In this document: positions 11,080 through 28,159 of the stretch, one piece after another
Layout: each line of letters starts with the position of its first letter
Numbering within the stretch: position 1 is the first letter of the stretch
Assembly: GCA_002269645.1 (NCBI GenBank)
Contig: NIVC01004356.1
Span: 1-48,931 of the forward strand
Length of the DNA: 48,931 nt
Direction of reading: 5' to 3'
DNA from: Macrostomum lignano
Lineage: Eukaryota
Made by a program: the position numbers and the translations under genes
Notes under the pieces: generated by a model
Databases searched by the model: none
Told to the model about the DNA's origin: nothing
Seen by the model: the letters and a program-made list of their open reading frames with translations, nothing else

Positions 11080-11409
11080 GCATGCATTGATTTATTATCC
11101 GGGCATAAATTCATATTTTAATGCGAATTAGTTTCGTCTATACTCTCGTATTTTTCAATCAATTTAATCATGTCTACAATCTTCTACAACAGTACAACAA
11201 ATCAATTTACTCGCGCGACCCTGGATATCCAGGTCCCTTCCCCAATGACTCATCGGATGACTCATCCCTTACGCCAAACCCACTCCTTTTCATCCACCAC
11301 AATCTGCGTGCTATTGTTCGAAGTCACTAAAGCAATTATCTGTCGAAATCACTGATTCCCGATCAGGTGACTTCCCATTTCGCTCACCCCCTAAGTCGCA
11401 CAACCCATT

Positions 11410-11585
11410 TCATTAGCCAATCACAGCACAGCTAGGAAGGTGACGTCAATCTGCTGCTAGTTAATGCAGGTCAAGGATAGTTCAAAGGCGTTCTGTTCTG
11501 ATCATGCATCACGCACGTGATGCGCGATCCCGAATCTATATACGAGCTGCTTTCCCCAATTTTTTCACAAATTGGCTCAGCACCT
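11410..11585 (+). promoter_or_regulatory. Promoter-like motif cluster (CCAAT, CRE, E-box, TATA-like)
   Basis: AGCCAATCA at 11415-11423, TGACGTCA at 11441-11448, CACGTG at 11514-11519 within an imperfect palindrome GCATCACG..CGTGATGC, TATATA near 11537, and a reverse CCAAT near 11571. No downstream gene was identified. Confidence 0.4.
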
Positions 11586-11858
11586 GGTTCGTCTTAAATA
11601 CCCGATCAGGCAAAGCATCCCCCAAAGCTACCTCTCTTCCCCTGTAATTAATTTTTTAAATCGACTTTATATTGATTTAAGGATCACCACTAATCTTTCC
11701 ATCATCTGGTTTGCTTACTCCTTTCACGGATCCCACGTCACAACAAAGAAAAAGTCTCACGTCCCAATTTTCAACAATTCGAGCGCTAGCAGCATCGCCA
11801 GAGTATTGAACTGTCCGGATCGATCGCATCCACCGGTGCCGAGCGATTCATCTACCTG

Positions 11859-12132
11859 CCGTGCTGACTTAAGGTATTTCATTGTTATACATTACTGCAG
11901 TGCTTATACAGCAATCCGACGTCGGCAACGTGGGCCGACGTTTCCGACGTTTATCGACCGAAACCTCCCAGCTTATCACAGGCAAATTGATACTCGCGGT
12001 CGTCCTTGTGGGTACTTTTACATTACACCGATGGTTGGCCGACGTATCCATCGGATTAATGTAAAAATGCTTATCTGCTAGCGACGTCCGATTACGTCTG
12101 GTATGTTGGCGGATTTCGCAATGTTGCACGGG
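11859..12132. mobile_element. Possible small non-autonomous element with short inverted ends and internal CCGACGT repeats
   Basis: Ends are CCGTGC (11859) and GCACGG (12126-12131), with several CGACGT copies inside. No target-site duplication could be confirmed. Confidence 0.3.
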
Positions 12133-12470
12133 TTGTGAGTGTTTTTATTCATTCAAGGTTGTCCAATGCTCGAATGCATCGTCAATAAATATTAAATAAA
12201 CAGTTGTTTTTTAATCAAACCATAGACCCATTTCTCAAATTGCTTTTAACTCAAATCTTAATGATTTCCAGCTATATTCTGAGCGAGTAAGTGTGTTTGT
12301 TTCCACAACTGTGGAGGAAAATTAGAGGTTCAGATAATGTAATAAAAATACATCAAATATCAATCTGTATGCCAAATTAACGTACATAGCCAGTCCCAAG
12401 GATGACTTAAGTAGAAGGACGGGAAACCTTGTTACTTAGAAAATTTTTGGCAAGTTTTCCCGAAAAAATA

Positions 12471-12715
12471 CACTACGGAGATAGGAAGTTTTCATTTTTT
12501 CAGCACAAAAATTGCTATTGCTTTTGATAGGAGGCAGATCCAGTGTTCATCTTTTGATTTGTTGTGCTGTAAACCGAGCAAAACAAATATGAATATCGAT
12601 AGAGCAATAAGAAGAAAGGCACAACATATCAAAAGATGAACACTGAATCTGCCTCCTATCAAAAGCAATAGCAATTTTTGTGCTGAAAAAATGAAAACTT
12701 CCTATCGCCGTAGTG
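12471..12715. mobile_element. MITE, 245 bp, with 97-bp terminal inverted repeats and TA flanks
   Basis: TIRs at 12471-12567 and 12619-12715 (CACTACGGMGATAGGAAGTTTTCATTTTTTCAGCACAAAAATTGC...) have about 3 mismatches. TA lies directly outside each end (12469-70 and 12716-17). Confidence 0.9.
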
Positions 12716-14944
12716 TATGCATTTGACTACTGTACTACCTACTGCTATTCAATTAACAATTAAATCCTCCATCGACTAGCTTCTATTGAGACGAAATTAC
12801 CGGTGCTGAACGACCGATAGTGAAAAAAACAAAAGCTCCAAAAGATATCACTGGAAGTTTTATTACTTGTTCTTGCTTTTGATATCTCTATTTAATTTTT
12901 CTGAAAAAAACATTGAGAGGCATTTTTTAAAGCTGCGATAGACAAAAAAGAAACATTTTTATGATTCCGCGCTTTAGATATTCATTGAAAACAAACGCCT
13001 CAGGTATTAGTTGCACTTAGATATGACTTTTAAAGAGGTATCAGCGATGTTGTTGTGATGTAGACTTGCTGTACCCTTCCACTTCGTTTTCCGTATGCAA
13101 AATTTATCGAATGTTTCATACATTCTGGATGGAGAGCTGCTTGGTAGATTAAAAAAAATTGTGAAAGCAGTTGTTTTTAACAGCCCTAAAAAGTTATCTG
13201 ATTCCAGATGTGCACAAAAGATATTTTTCAATTATAACATAACGTTACTTTTTAGGCACTAATCTGCGCATAAAGTTATTTTAAGTTTTATACTTTATAG
13301 AGCCTTTTAGATGAATAATCAGTTTTTTTGTCATGCACATATTTTGTATTGTTTGTATAGAGAAGTATTAACAATGTTTTAGGCTTTGATGAAAAAATAA
13401 TGACAATCAAATATTTCTCTTTTTGTTTGTTGATCATGTGCTATTATTTATTTCTAAGGTGTACCTTAGATTTTTGTCTGGAATCCTAATACTAATTTTT
13501 TAATAAAGGAACTAACAAGTTTTAAATTTAAAGTATATTCAAATTCATGCATTTGTTCTATTCCTAACGAGAATTTGTTCTTGTTGTTTCAGTTTATTTT
13601 TATAATGTGTGTAATAATTCTTAGATTTATACTGCAATAAATCAGCAATGCATAGAATTATTATTTTGTATTTAGAATTTTTTGTTAATTGCATGTTGGT
13701 CTACAGAAACTAATAGAAATTAAATATATTTCATTAGGCCTTAGGCCCTAGGATTATAGCACTCTTGTGTACAATGACAATGTTTAGTTAAGAATACTTT
13801 GAAGTAGTTCTTTTATCAACCTTGAAATGCAAGTTTAAAGTCTATACTACTATGTCTATAAAACTGTCAGAACATATCTTTCTCAATTATGGCTATATGT
13901 CTCTATTTTGTCAGATCTCACTTATGTGTCTTTTGGGATATTTTAGCGAAAATTCAATGATTTCAATAATAGGGCTAGTTGTGGGATAGTTTTCATCTTC
14001 ATTTTATTTCACCCCTCATCGAATCTACATTTTCAGGTTAAACTTTATTTAGCTTAGTATAGTAAGCACTATCTAAAAGGACAATCTATATCTATAAAAC
14101 ACTCTTCGAATTCGCTTGTCTCGCCCTCGCCATCTACGCTTCAGAAAAGATACTCGTAGAATTCTGCTTTGGGTGGGGTGGAAAAGCTCGTGTTCGTTTT
14201 TCCCACTCCCAACCCCCCCCCCCCATTTCGTCTCCTTCCCTTTTCCGCCCTCTCCTCCGCTGCCGAAGCTTGATGCGATTCTCAGTTTGACTGCAGCAGC
14301 AGCAGCAGGGGCAGGCATTGCGGGGGTGGTCAGCTAGACGGCCAGCAGCAGCAATCTCTGAGCTAAACACACGGCTTCGTTGCTAAGACTGACTGATCGA
14401 CCGGGCTGGGGGGGGGGGGGGTTGGCGCCGTCAGTGCCTCCTTCTCCTCCTTCCTTCTCTCTTTCCCTCGCCTTTAGTCCCTGACTCCCTGCCTTGTGAC
14501 GGCTGCATTGAGGACTACCGCGGATAGGTCAGAGGGAGCTGCATGAGTGAGTAGAGGCGCTGCGGCCACTTGAGTATCAACACTCTCTGCCTTCCTCCTC
14601 TCCTCTGTCCTCTCTCCCCTACCCAAGGAACTTTCAGAATGAAAATAGGCTTTAGGGTGTGGGGAAGAGAGAGAGCGCTGAATAGGGCTACAGCCGTGCA
14701 CCGTGCATCCCATTTCAATAATCTCTCTCCCAAGGGAAGGGAAGGCAGAGGGAAGCTAACAAATGAAGCCTGTATTGCCGCCGCCAACCCCAGCTTGGCG
14801 TATCGATCCGGATTATTTCTCTATCCCTCCTCCCAGAGAGCCTCCCTAGAATACGGTGCGCGGCAGCAGCGAGGGAGGAGCATGGGAAGAAGGGAACAGG
14901 GGGGAATACGACCCTACTAGGGGAGGAAATTCGCAGTGTACACT

Positions 14945-15035
14945 CTTAGCCAATATAGTGTATATTTTAGTTGTCTTATATGCCTAGCCCTGTGTATATA
15001 TATAAGCGCCAGTCCTGGCCGCACTCAGCAGTAAA
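14945..15035 (+). promoter_or_regulatory. Putative core promoter of G-alpha-o
   Basis: CCAAT at 14950-14954, TATATATATAAG at 14995-15006 and an initiator-like CTCAGC near 15024-15029, with canonical spacing. A splice acceptor (tttatttagcag| at 15266) lies 27 nt before the ATG. Confidence 0.5.
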
Positions 15036-15293
15036 CTATTTGGATTTTTAGCTTAGCGGCATCATAGAAATCAGATTTTCAAATTGTTTTAACTAAACTT
15101 AAACAAACAATAAATGCAGTTCAGTATGCCGAGTACTATGAAAAATTTCTACTGCAAAAGTTAAATTCAATTTCGATAAACCTGCTTCTTAATTTTGTGT
15201 TTGATTTGTTAACCACTCTATTGATAACTTACAGCGCTAATTAGCACATCAAAATTTATTTAGCAGGATAACAACAGTACATTTATTATAAAA

Positions 15294-21041
<5,748 letters not shown>

Positions 21042-21194
21042 GCTGCTGGCGGCTTCTCAATAATGAGGACATTCTGCCCGCCTGTCTGTCAAGTGACCGC
21101 TTCTGTCTCCGTTGTGACCCCTAGAGCTTAGCTACTATAGGCATAAGGCTAGGTAAAATGGTTAATTGAGTGTGAAATTATTACGCAATTAGGC

Positions 21195-21545
21195 AATAAT
21201 TAGGCGATATGACTGTAATTAGGTAATTAGACTCTAATTAGGTAATTAGACAGTAATTAGATAATTAGGTAATTAGACAGTAATTAGATAATTAGGTAAT
21301 TAGACTTTAATTAAGCAATATGACTACAATTGGGTTATTAAACTATAACTAGGTAATTAGATAATAATTAGGTAATTAGACTATAATTAGGTAATTGGAC
21401 TATAATTAGGCAATTAGATTATAATTAGGTAATTAGCCAATGATTAGGCAATTTTATTGCTAATAAAATTCCGTGTAAGTATAACTACTATGAAATAATC
21501 ATGTTATTAGCCAATGATTAGGCGATTAGGCAATAATTAGGCAAT
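21195..21545. repeat. Degenerate TAATTAG-rich repeat downstream of the GNAO stop
   Basis: Repeated TAATTAGGTAATTAGAC-like units. Confidence 0.75.
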
Positions 21546-22888
21546 TAGTATTTTTTAAATGCTTATTTTTCTATTAGTCTCAGATACCTACGGATCCCAT
21601 CAGTCGCAATGAAAATTTAATTTAGTTAATTAGACAACTAGGCTAGTGTAATAATGTTTTTAGTATATTGGATTAAGCTAGCTAGCAAGGTAGTCATAGC
21701 ATTGGTTATAATAGATAATTGGATTGTTAGACAATTTGTGCAAGTACTGTGTTTTTATTCAAACAAATAGTGTTAAATTCTATTCTTATACTTGTCCAAT
21801 AATGTCTCACACATACACTATAAGTTTTTACTGCTTATTAATAACATTAACTGTTGTTGAATCTAATATTGAAGATGCAGCAGTGCGGCGACTTTGAATT
21901 CTCTTGCTTACCTCTGTGTGTTTTCTGTTTAAATATTTTCTAGTCTCTGAAAGCCGCTTTTTAAATTTTTTTATCGGCCTACTTGTCGGCAGTAGTCAGA
22001 TGGGAGAGTTTGTGTACTCGGTCCCGTGCAACTGTTTAACCTTGTGTTTTTCATGCTGGTTAATTACAGTGAGATTAGCTGGATAAAATAATTTCATCTC
22101 CGATCTCTCCCCTGTGTACTAGTCAATTGCAATACTGTTTACACCGAAGCAGAAATAAGAAGTCCTTATTATTTGTTATACTACTCATATTTATCTATAC
22201 ATATAATGCATTAGTTTATAAATTGCATGTGTTCTGCTTTGTTAGCTCTGCTTTATCTTTATTATAATCGAGCCAGGAAGAACAAGAGATTTGGAAATAT
22301 TTGCATTATGGCTTCTGTGCAATGCCCCGCGTGTTGCATAAATAAAATTCATATTTATTACTCATAGTAGGCAATGCTATTGAATTTGAATATTAATTAT
22401 TAATGTAAGTTAAGTGCTTCGCGATCAATTTTACTGGAATCAGTGTTTTTGTCTCGCGCCTGGTTTTTTTACTAGTTGGATGATTATCCGATGGCTTAAT
22501 CCATTGCTGAGTCTTGTGATCCCCCTGATGTGCACCCCTAAAACACCCCGATTTTATCAAACTAATATCTAAACCTAAACCGTGTTTTCATTGTCTGCGC
22601 GGGGGGGACCTAGCTGGGAAAGACTTTAACAGCTTCTAGTACTTTTTCATTGCTTTTTGTTCTTGTCTACATAATAAAACTAAAAGTACACTACACTGTT
22701 GATTCATTTGTATCGCAGTGCAAGTTATGTTGCAACAGAAAATCCTTATTAATCTTTAACGAACTGTGGCATGTTAAACTTAATTCTACTTGCAAGTCGT
22801 ATTATGCAATGCTAAATTTAAAATTTCAATAAATTTTCTGTTTGATAATGTCTTCACCTCTATTTTCTTTGTTGATTAACTGCTTTCC

Positions 22889-23356
22889 ATGGCTAGGCAG
22901 GTTAAAGCACTGACTGAGGGAGCGGAGAGGCAGATTCAAGCACTGCCTGAGGGAGCGGAGAGGCAGATTCAAGCACTGCCTGAGGGAGCGGAGAGGCAGA
23001 TTCAAGCACTCACTGAGGGAGCGGAGAGGCAGATTCAAGCACTCACTGAGGGAGTGGAGAGGCAGATTCAAGCACTGCCTGAGGGAGCGGAGAGGCAGAT
23101 TCAAGCACTGACTGAGGGAGCGGAGAGGCAGATTCAAGCACTCACTGAGGGAGTGGAGAGGCAGATTCAAGCACTCACTGAGGGAGTGGAGAGGCAGATT
23201 CAAGCACTGCCTGAGGGAGCGGAGAGGCAGATTCAAGCACTGCCTGAGGGAGCGGAGAGGCAGATTCAAGGGCTGCTGAGGGATTTACCTAATTACCAGC
23301 TTGCAAGGTTTACATCGGAATTGCCTAGCTACCATGATGTAGGTACATGCAGATAA
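22889..23356 (+). CDS. Candidate 155-aa protein of eleven 11-aa repeats (EGAERQIQALP/T) plus a unique tail; could be a non-coding 33-bp minisatellite
   Basis: The ATG sits directly before a 33-bp array (about 22916-23278). The frame stays open into a non-repetitive tail containing LPNY and LPSY. Confidence 0.35.
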   Translation: MARQVKALTEGAERQIQALPEGAERQIQALPEGAERQIQALTEGAERQIQALTEGVERQIQALPEGAERQIQALTEGAERQIQALTEGVERQIQALTEGVERQIQALPEGAERQIQALPEGAERQIQGLLRDLPNYQLARFTSELPSYHDVGTCR

Positions 23357-23574
23357 ACAAAGCAGTAGAAAATTTGTGGCCATCAGGAGCGCACAGTGTC
23401 CGATACACGCTATCAAAAAATGCCCGTAGTTAAGCGTGAACGCTGTGAACAGTTAAGAGAAGGTTAAAACAATTATTTTAACTTTTGAGTTCGTCGTATG
23501 GTCACTCGGACCGGTATTAAGTGGGTCAATACATGAACCAGCAAGTAGGTCAATTTTGTGTAGGGAGAGTCAAC

Positions 23575-23950
23575 AGAATGGGTCAGTGAGTGGGTCCCCG
23601 TGGTGGGTCAGTGAGTGGTCAGTGAGAAGGGTCAGGGTCAGTGAGTGAGCCAGTGAGTGGTTCAGCGATTAGGTCAGTGAGTGAGTCAGTGAGTGGGTCA
23701 GGGTGGTGGGTCAGTGAGTGGGTCAGGGTGGTGGGTCAGTGAGTGGGTCAGGGTGGTGGGTCAGTTAGTGGGTCAGTGAGAAGGGTCAGGGTCAGTGAGT
23801 GAGTCAGCCAATGGGTCAGTGAGTGGGCCAGTTAGTGGGTCAGTGAGTGAGTCAGCGAATGGGTCAGTGAGTGGGCCAGTTAGTGGGTCAGTGAGTGGGT
23901 CAGTGAGTGAGTCAGCGAATGGGTCAGTGAGTGGGCCAGTGCGTGGGTCA
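23575..23950. repeat. G-rich (GGGTCAGTGAGT)-type minisatellite directly 3' of the KChIP stop
   Basis: Units of about 12 bp. The segment 23695-23765 has four G3 tracts with short loops. Confidence 0.9.
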
Positions 23951-23960
23951 GACCGGCCCA

Positions 23961-25817
23961 TCACAGCAGGGTGTCGAAACAGTCAAGCTCCCTGTCCAGG
24001 TCGCGGTCGCGTCGGCAGGCGAGCACGAATTCCTGGAAAGTGACCGCGCCGTCGCCGTCCCGGTCCATGGCGTCAAAGATTTTCTCGGCGTGTAGCTGAG
24101 CGTCGCACGGGTGCACCCGCGGCCAGACGGAGTCGCCTAGCATGTCGTAGATAGCGCTGACCAGCTGCACCATTTCTCGCTTGCTGATGAAGCCGTCCCG
24201 ATCCGTGTCGTAGAGACGGAAAGCCCAGTCCAGCTTCTCCTCGCTGCTGCCCTTGCAGATGACTGACAGGCCCTGGGGAAGTGGCCGCAGGTTTTAATCT
24301 CATCCCGTCAATTTGGTAATCTCATCCCGTCAATTTGGTAATCTCATCCCGTAAATTTGGTAATCTCATCCCGTCAATTTGGTAATCTCATCCCGTCAAT
24401 TTGGTAATCTCATCCAGTTAATTTGGTAATCTCATCCCGTCAATTTGGTAATCTCATCCCGTTAATTTGGTAATCAATTTGTGCCATTTTGTTGTTTTTT
24501 TCGGGCCAGTTTGTATTCCGCCAATCTTGAAATCTGACACTGAGCTTTGAATAGAAGAAATCGTACTCAAGCTCTGACTCATCACCTGAATGACGATCTC
24601 GAAGGTCAGACAGCCCCGTCCGCCCGGGTCGAAGCTGTCAAACACCAGGTCCGCATAGGCTGAGGCGTCGCCCAGCGGGAAGAACTGCGAGAAGATCTCC
24701 CGAAACGCGGCCCGGTGCACCAGACCGGACGGACAGTCGTTCTTGAAGCCGCGGTACATCAGCTGGAGCTCCTGACGGCTGAAGCGGGTCCTCTGGGCCA
24801 GGCTGGCCAGACTGACTGGCCGGTGATGCCACGGAGCGGCGTGACTGTCGGCAACCGCGGCACCCCAGCCCGCCGCGCCGGCAGGCCTCGATTCGGACGA
24901 TCGACCTTTGATAGATTTTTTATTGAGTTCGTTTGATCGGCTCATTGTCGGAGATGAGCTCTAACCTGGGTGAGAGTCTTCATCACCGCCTACTTATGCT
25001 ACTGAGCACGTAGTGAAGCACCCGGACTGATTCTGATTAAATATTAACAGCCAGAGGATTGCCAGTTGTCAATCAAAGCTTTAGGCATAAAGCTTTTGAG
25101 ATGAGTCTAAAGGCAGCACCCATTGAGCAGCCTTGAGTGTAACTAAAGCGCTCAAGTCCAAACAAAAGTGCAGAGCACATCTCCCTGACAGAGACTAACA
25201 GCGCGTCCGCTCTCTCCACACTGATACAGTGCAGCCACACTCTGACAGTGCAGCCACTCTGTCTGACACAGTGCAGCCACTCTGTCTGACACAGTGCAGC
25301 CACTCTGTCTGACACAGTGCAGCCACTCTGTCTGACACAATGCAGCCACTCTGTCTGACACAGTGCAGCCACTCTGTCTGACACAGTGCAGCCACTCTGT
25401 CTGACACAGTGCAGCCACTCTGTCTGACACAATGCAGCCGCTCTGTCTGACACAGTGCAGCCACACTCTGACACAGTGCAGCCACTCTGTCTGACACAGT
25501 GCAGCCACACTCTGACACAGTGCAGCCACTCTGTCTGACACAGTGCAGCCACACTCTGACACAGTGCAGCCACTCTGTCTGACACAGTGCAGCCACACTC
25601 TGAAAGGGTCGACCTCCCCAGCGCATTGAGTCTTACAAAGCCGGCAGCGAAAGCAGATCTGGAGCAGTCGGCAAAAGCAGATGTTGCAAAATCGACCCAA
25701 TCGGACGGTTTGATCCCGAATTCCGAGCCGATCCAGCCAGCTTTCACGAACTCCATTTGCCTGCCCGTCCACTCGCTGATTGATGACCTGATGACATCCT
25801 GGGCTCGATGTCGACAT
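23961..25817 (-). CDS. KCNIP: KChIP/calsenilin-type neuronal calcium sensor (recoverin family), about 270 aa
   Basis: Well-supported exons are 24272-23961 (GLSVICKGSSEEKLDWAFRLYDTDRDGFISKRE...DRDGDGAVTFQEF) and the exon ending at 24586 (HRPVSLASLAQRTRFSRQELQLMYRGFKNDCPSG...). They join in phase 0 as TFEIVIQ|GLSV. The N-terminus is less certain. One model uses exon 25817-25637 (donor T|GTAAGA) spliced to an acceptor at 24905; an alternative uses the ATG at 24945. Strong upstream minus-strand donors at 27817 and 29178 suggest 5' UTR exons. Confidence 0.88.
24294..24475. repeat. 22-bp minisatellite in the last KChIP intron
   Basis: Unit GGTAATCTCATCCCGTCAATTT, about 8 copies, ending about 20 nt from the acceptor. 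Confidence 0.9.
25225..25603. repeat. 23/21-bp minisatellite in a KChIP intron
   Basis: Units GTGCAGCCACTCTGTCTGACACA and GTGCAGCCACACTCTGACACA. Confidence 0.92.
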
Positions 25818-25899
25818 GACTGAGTGACATTTAAAATTAATAGATAGGATAATTTTTATTCCATTTTAGGACTGGCACGCTGAATTTATAACGGTATCA

Positions 25900-26160
25900 C
25901 TCATTCCATCTCTCACCTTCTCATTCCACATCTCACCTTCTCATTCCATCTCTCACCTTCTCATTCCACATCTCACCCTCTCATTCCATCTCTCACCTTC
26001 TCATTCCACATCTCACCCTCTCATTCCATCTCTCACCCTATCATGCCATCTCTCACCCTCTCATGCCATCTCTCACCCTCTCATGCCATCTCTCACCCTC
26101 TCATGCCATCTCTCACCCATTCTCATTCCATCTCTCACCCTCTCATTCCATCTCTCTCTC
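25900..26160. repeat. 20-bp pyrimidine-rich minisatellite
   Basis: Unit TCTCTCACCCTCTCAT(T/G)CCA. Confidence 0.9.
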
Positions 26161-26529
26161 TGTATTCTCGACTATTCCAGAAATCCTACAATTAGAATTT
26201 CAAGTTAATCTCGTATGCACGGCCTGCACGGAGTGTAGAAGCTGCATTGAAAAAGAATCCCTGCAGCGGGTGTGCTTGGGCGGCATCGTCCATTAATTTG
26301 CATTTAAATTCAAATCGTTTCCCACTGCCTCCGAAAGTTAGGCCGGTTTTATGGCTACAGCTCGGACAGCGAGAGCATCCAGTCCTGCTGTCCCGGCTTT
26401 CTGGTAGATCCGAGTAGTTGCTATGCCGTTTCAGTCTGAACTTAGCCGCTGTCTCGGACATTGGCATTGCAGTACGCTTGTATGAGCTAGGGCAGAATGA
26501 CTGACCTGTTTGACCACCGCCATTATTTG

Positions 26530-27600
26530 GGTTTTGTAAATGCAACTCTACCCCTCTCTCTAACATCTATTCTACTCATCTCTCTAACATCTATTCTACC
26601 CCTCTCTCTAACATCTATTTTACCCCTCTCTCTAACATCTATTCTACCCCTCTCTCTAACATCCATTCTACCCCTCTCTCTAACATCTATTCTACCCCTC
26701 TCTCTAACATCTATTCTACCCCTCTCTCTAACATCTATTCTACCCCTCTCTCTAACATCTATTTTACCCCTCTCTCTAACATCTATTCTACGTCTCTCTA
26801 ACATCTATTCTACCCCTCTCTCTAACATCTATTCTACGTCTCTCTAACATCTATTCTACGTCTCTCTAACATCTATTCTACCTCTCTCTAACATCTATTC
26901 TACCTCTCTCTAACATCTATTCTACCTCTTTCTAACATCTATTCTACCACTCTCTCTAACATCTATTTTACCTCTCTCTAACATCTATTCTACTCCTCTC
27001 TCTAACATCTACTCTACCCCTCTCTCTAACATCTATTCTACCCCTCTCTCTCATCTATTTTACCTCTCTGTATCATCTACTCTACCCCGCTCTCTAACAT
27101 CTACTCTACCCCTCTCTCTATCATCTACTCTATCCCTCTCTCTATCATCTACTCTACCCCTCTCTCATCTACTCTACCCCTCTCTCTAACATCTATTCTA
27201 CCCCTCTCTCTAACATCTATTCTACCCCTCTCTCTAACATCTATTCTACCCCTCTCTCTAACATCTATTTTACTCCTCTCTCTAACATCTATTCTACCTC
27301 TCTCTAACATCTATTTTACCCCTCTCTCTAACATCTAATCTATTCTACCTCTCTCTCTAACATCTGTTCTACCCTCTCTCTAACATCTATTTTACCTCTC
27401 TCTAACATCTTTTCTCCCCCTCTCTCTAACATCTATTCTACCTCTCTCTCTAGCATCTATTTTATCTCTCTCTAACATCTGTTCCATCCCTCTCTCTAAC
27501 ATCTATTCTACCCCTATCTAACATCGACTCTACCCCTCTCTGGTATATAATCTACTCTACCCTTCTCTAACGTCTACTCTACACACGTACCTCTCTATCG
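26530..27600. repeat. 22-24-bp pyrimidine-rich minisatellite of about 1 kb
   Basis: Unit TCTATTCTACCCCTCTCTCTAACA, degenerating towards 27600. Confidence 0.92.
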
Positions 27601-28159
27601 CTTTGTCGTACTTCTACCTTCTCTTTTTCACTCTACTTCTACCCTGTCTCAATCTACTTTAACCTCCTTGGTGACTTCTTAACAAGTTAATCTTGTGGCT
27701 CAAGCTGCCTTTCCAGATTCGCGTTTACAATGAAGCGTTGAGGCAGTTGCAAAATTTCAATATAGGCTCCGTATCTGTCGGTCTGAATAAAGAGAAACAC
27801 TATTGAAAAGATTTTACCTGCCTACCAGAGCCATAAAATGAGGCTGGTTAATCGTAGTTCGTTACTAAGGAGAATTTTACTGATGAACACAAACTGCCGC
27901 TTGGGGTCCCGTAAGGCGCTGCGCATTTTCCTAACTTGGCCTGAATAACTGGTCAGTCCATTGGGACTTGGGGGGTGGGTGAGGCGGTGGGAGTTCGCCT
28001 CAGCCCTAAGCGAGCGGATTTCACTTGTAGCCCAAGTCAGCCGCAAGCAGCGGGCCGCAGCATGAAAGAAGAAAAGTTTTCCTTCGAGTTTAAAGAAAAC
28101 TTTTCCCCGGTGCTGCTGGCGGTTTTTAGTGCTGGTGGTTGCGGTTGATGTAGCTAAGA

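Noticed and set aside
14073-14920. Short ORFs upstream of GNAO
   Set aside because: These are low-complexity purine/pyrimidine and poly-G promoter-type sequence with no consistent exon structure or homology.
21195-21545. Telomere-like TTAGG motif
   Set aside because: TTAGG occurs only within degenerate TAATTAGG units and not as tandem telomeric repeats.
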